The notes under the pieces are model-generated. The model was not told where the DNA came from. It saw only the letters and a program-made list of their open reading frames with translations, and ran no database searches. A stretch of 63,559 nucleotides of DNA, filler included, from Sphacelaria rigidula (lineage: Eukaryota): assembly GCA_964200075.2 (NCBI GenBank). It is 4 parts of 4 records of this genome, joined end to end, with 100 filler letters (N's around TTAATTAATTAA, not from the genome) between each part and the next. Parts side by side here need not be neighbours in the genome. Positions count along the whole stretch, not along the records: positions 47,756 to 63,559 come from CAXNAA020001584.1; 3 more parts are not named here. One strand, 5' to 3'. This document shows, in pieces, positions 62,058 to 63,559 of this stretch. Made by a program: the position numbers and the translations under genes. The stretch's first letter is position 1. Each line of letters begins with the position of its first letter.

Positions 62058-62189
62058 GTTGCTAATGGGCCCTCTCAAGGATGTCTCCCGTATCGCGCTG
62101 TGTTGCGCTGGAGTATACGCTCGCCGCAATACACAACTTGCACACGTTTTCTTAATTTCTCTTCGTTTGGTTCAACATGACGCCCGTTC

Positions 62190-62520
62190 TTATTCGACAC
62201 GTATCTCATGAGATGGCCGTACCGGTCTCCCTTCGGCGTCAAGACTCGGCAGATGCCACTTAGACATGGCAGGCGAGAATTGGGTAATTTACATCCAAAG
62301 CGGGGACAGAGTACCCTGACGACTTCGTGTGGCGACATTTACCTTCTTCCGCTCATGTTGCCCGGTGATCAATGATCGTGTCGGCCACGGGGCAGACGAG
62401 TCGTCGGTACTGCGGGTTGCCGTTGCGGTAGATGCTGTAGTTGCAGGCAGCGGCCAAGATTTTTTGGAGGCTATGGCACCCCTTAGTTGAAGACCCGCCG
62501 ATGCCCCCTCTAGATCCATC
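62190..62520 (-). pseudogene. Possible 5' exon of the hAT transposase with a decayed BED-type zinc finger
   Basis: VRVLCPRFGCK...GHLMRYVSNK on the same strand and in the expected position upstream of the other hAT fragments. Confidence 0.35.
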
Positions 62521-62532
62521 TCATAGACTTCC

Positions 62533-63120
62533 TGCACGTGAACGTGACGTGAACGGTTACGTCACACCCGGTTGCTTCTATTGATATGAATGCGGATGAT
62601 TATGATCTTATCATGATGTGCTACAACGATAACTTGCAATGTGTGCTGTGGCGCGGGGCGCGCGAAGTGGCTGAAATAATATGTCCTATACCATGGTAAT
62701 GAAATCTCACTCATGCTCATTGGAGCACAATCTGTTGGGATATCAAAGGTGATCGCAAACTTGAAGTGTGCACCGCTTCATGTAACGTGATCATGACGTT
62801 TCATTTAACGGGTAACGTCCGACACACGTGTAACGTCTAATACACCTGTAACGTCTAATGCACGTGTAGCGTCTAATACACGTTACACGTTCCAAAAAAT
62901 GTTTCATATTATGTGTTGTGAACGGTTGGACAGCTAAACGTTCACGTTACGTTTCGTTTGGCACGTTAAAAAATTCACGTCACCTTAACGTGCTGTTTGA
63001 ACTCTTGACCCTCACGCTACTTCACGTTCATCAGGTAAAAAAACTTGAACATTCACGTTACGTTTCGGCCGAAACGTGACGTGAACGTCACGTGTCATGC
63101 TGTATCACGTGTAACATGTA
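62533..63120. repeat. ACGT-motif-dense region (hAT subterminal region or MITE)
   Basis: Many (c/a)acgt(g/t) words, plus a short cacgtgtaacgtctaata-like tandem at 62825-62880. Confidence 0.5.
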
Positions 63121-63336
63121 TAGCCCTAGAAATTGCCAACTGAGGCACCGGGGCGACCGGCTCATCGAGATGCAGAGAGATTTCCGACTTCTTTCCGCGC
63201 ACTCGTGGTCGGTAGCACGCTAAAACTAACGAAATGCATGGCCTACCCTTCACGGCATGTTTACGGGAAGAGCAAAGGTAGCCGAAGCTAACAGTATCGG
63301 CAATCTCTACATCGAGCATCCCAGATGTTATATTCT

Positions 63337-63473
63337 GAACCCCTCCCCTACCTGGGGACGAGCCCGTGGTCTCAAGAGATCAACCCATCTCTCCCCGCTA
63401 CACGATCCGTCTCGAAAGGGATACGTGGTCAACGGTCAAACAGCTGAGGCAAGCAACAAATGAGGTACCCCCC

Positions 63474-63475
<2 letters not shown>
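63337..63475 (+). repeat. Short interspersed repeat with partial copies at about 29427, 30670, 32020 and 52010 (inverted)
   Basis: aacccctcccc..gggacgag.ccgtggtctcaag..tcaaccc and ctcgaaagggat(a/g)cgtggtcaa.ggtca..ggcaagcaacaaatgag. Confidence 0.6.
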
Positions 63476-63513
<38 letters not shown>

Positions 63514-63559
63514 CCCCCGCCCGCGCCACCCCCCCCCCCCCCCCGCCTCCGCCCACGAC

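Noticed and set aside
63466-63559. Poly-C tract as a G-quadruplex or telomere
   Set aside because: It is a homopolymer at the contig end with unreliable length and no telomeric repeat unit.

Overview
Eukaryotic, intron- and repeat-rich DNA whose gene structure and repeat style look like a brown alga (Ectocarpus-like Phaeophyceae; inferred). The window is four separate contigs (1-15828, 15929-31744, 31845-47655, 47756-63559) joined by artificial 100-nt N/TTAATTAATTAA linkers, so neighbourhoods across linkers are not biological. Contig 1 holds three spliced exons of an unknown minus-strand protein and two exons of a plant-type 3-isopropylmalate dehydratase small subunit. Contig 2 holds a 5'-incomplete TRP-family cation channel gene (13 exons, all introns phase 0). 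Its N-terminus is built from ten exons, each encoding one divergent ankyrin-like repeat (38-47 aa, one of 67 aa), which is the most interesting feature here. Contig 3 holds two decayed RTE-like LINEs, the last exon of a divergent FKBP, and a cluster of MITEs including a nested self-insertion with 4-bp TSDs. Contig 4 holds a piggyBac-type non-autonomous element, a minisatellite and a fragmented hAT transposase pseudogene. Three copies of a tRNA-headed SINE and many MITE families are scattered throughout.
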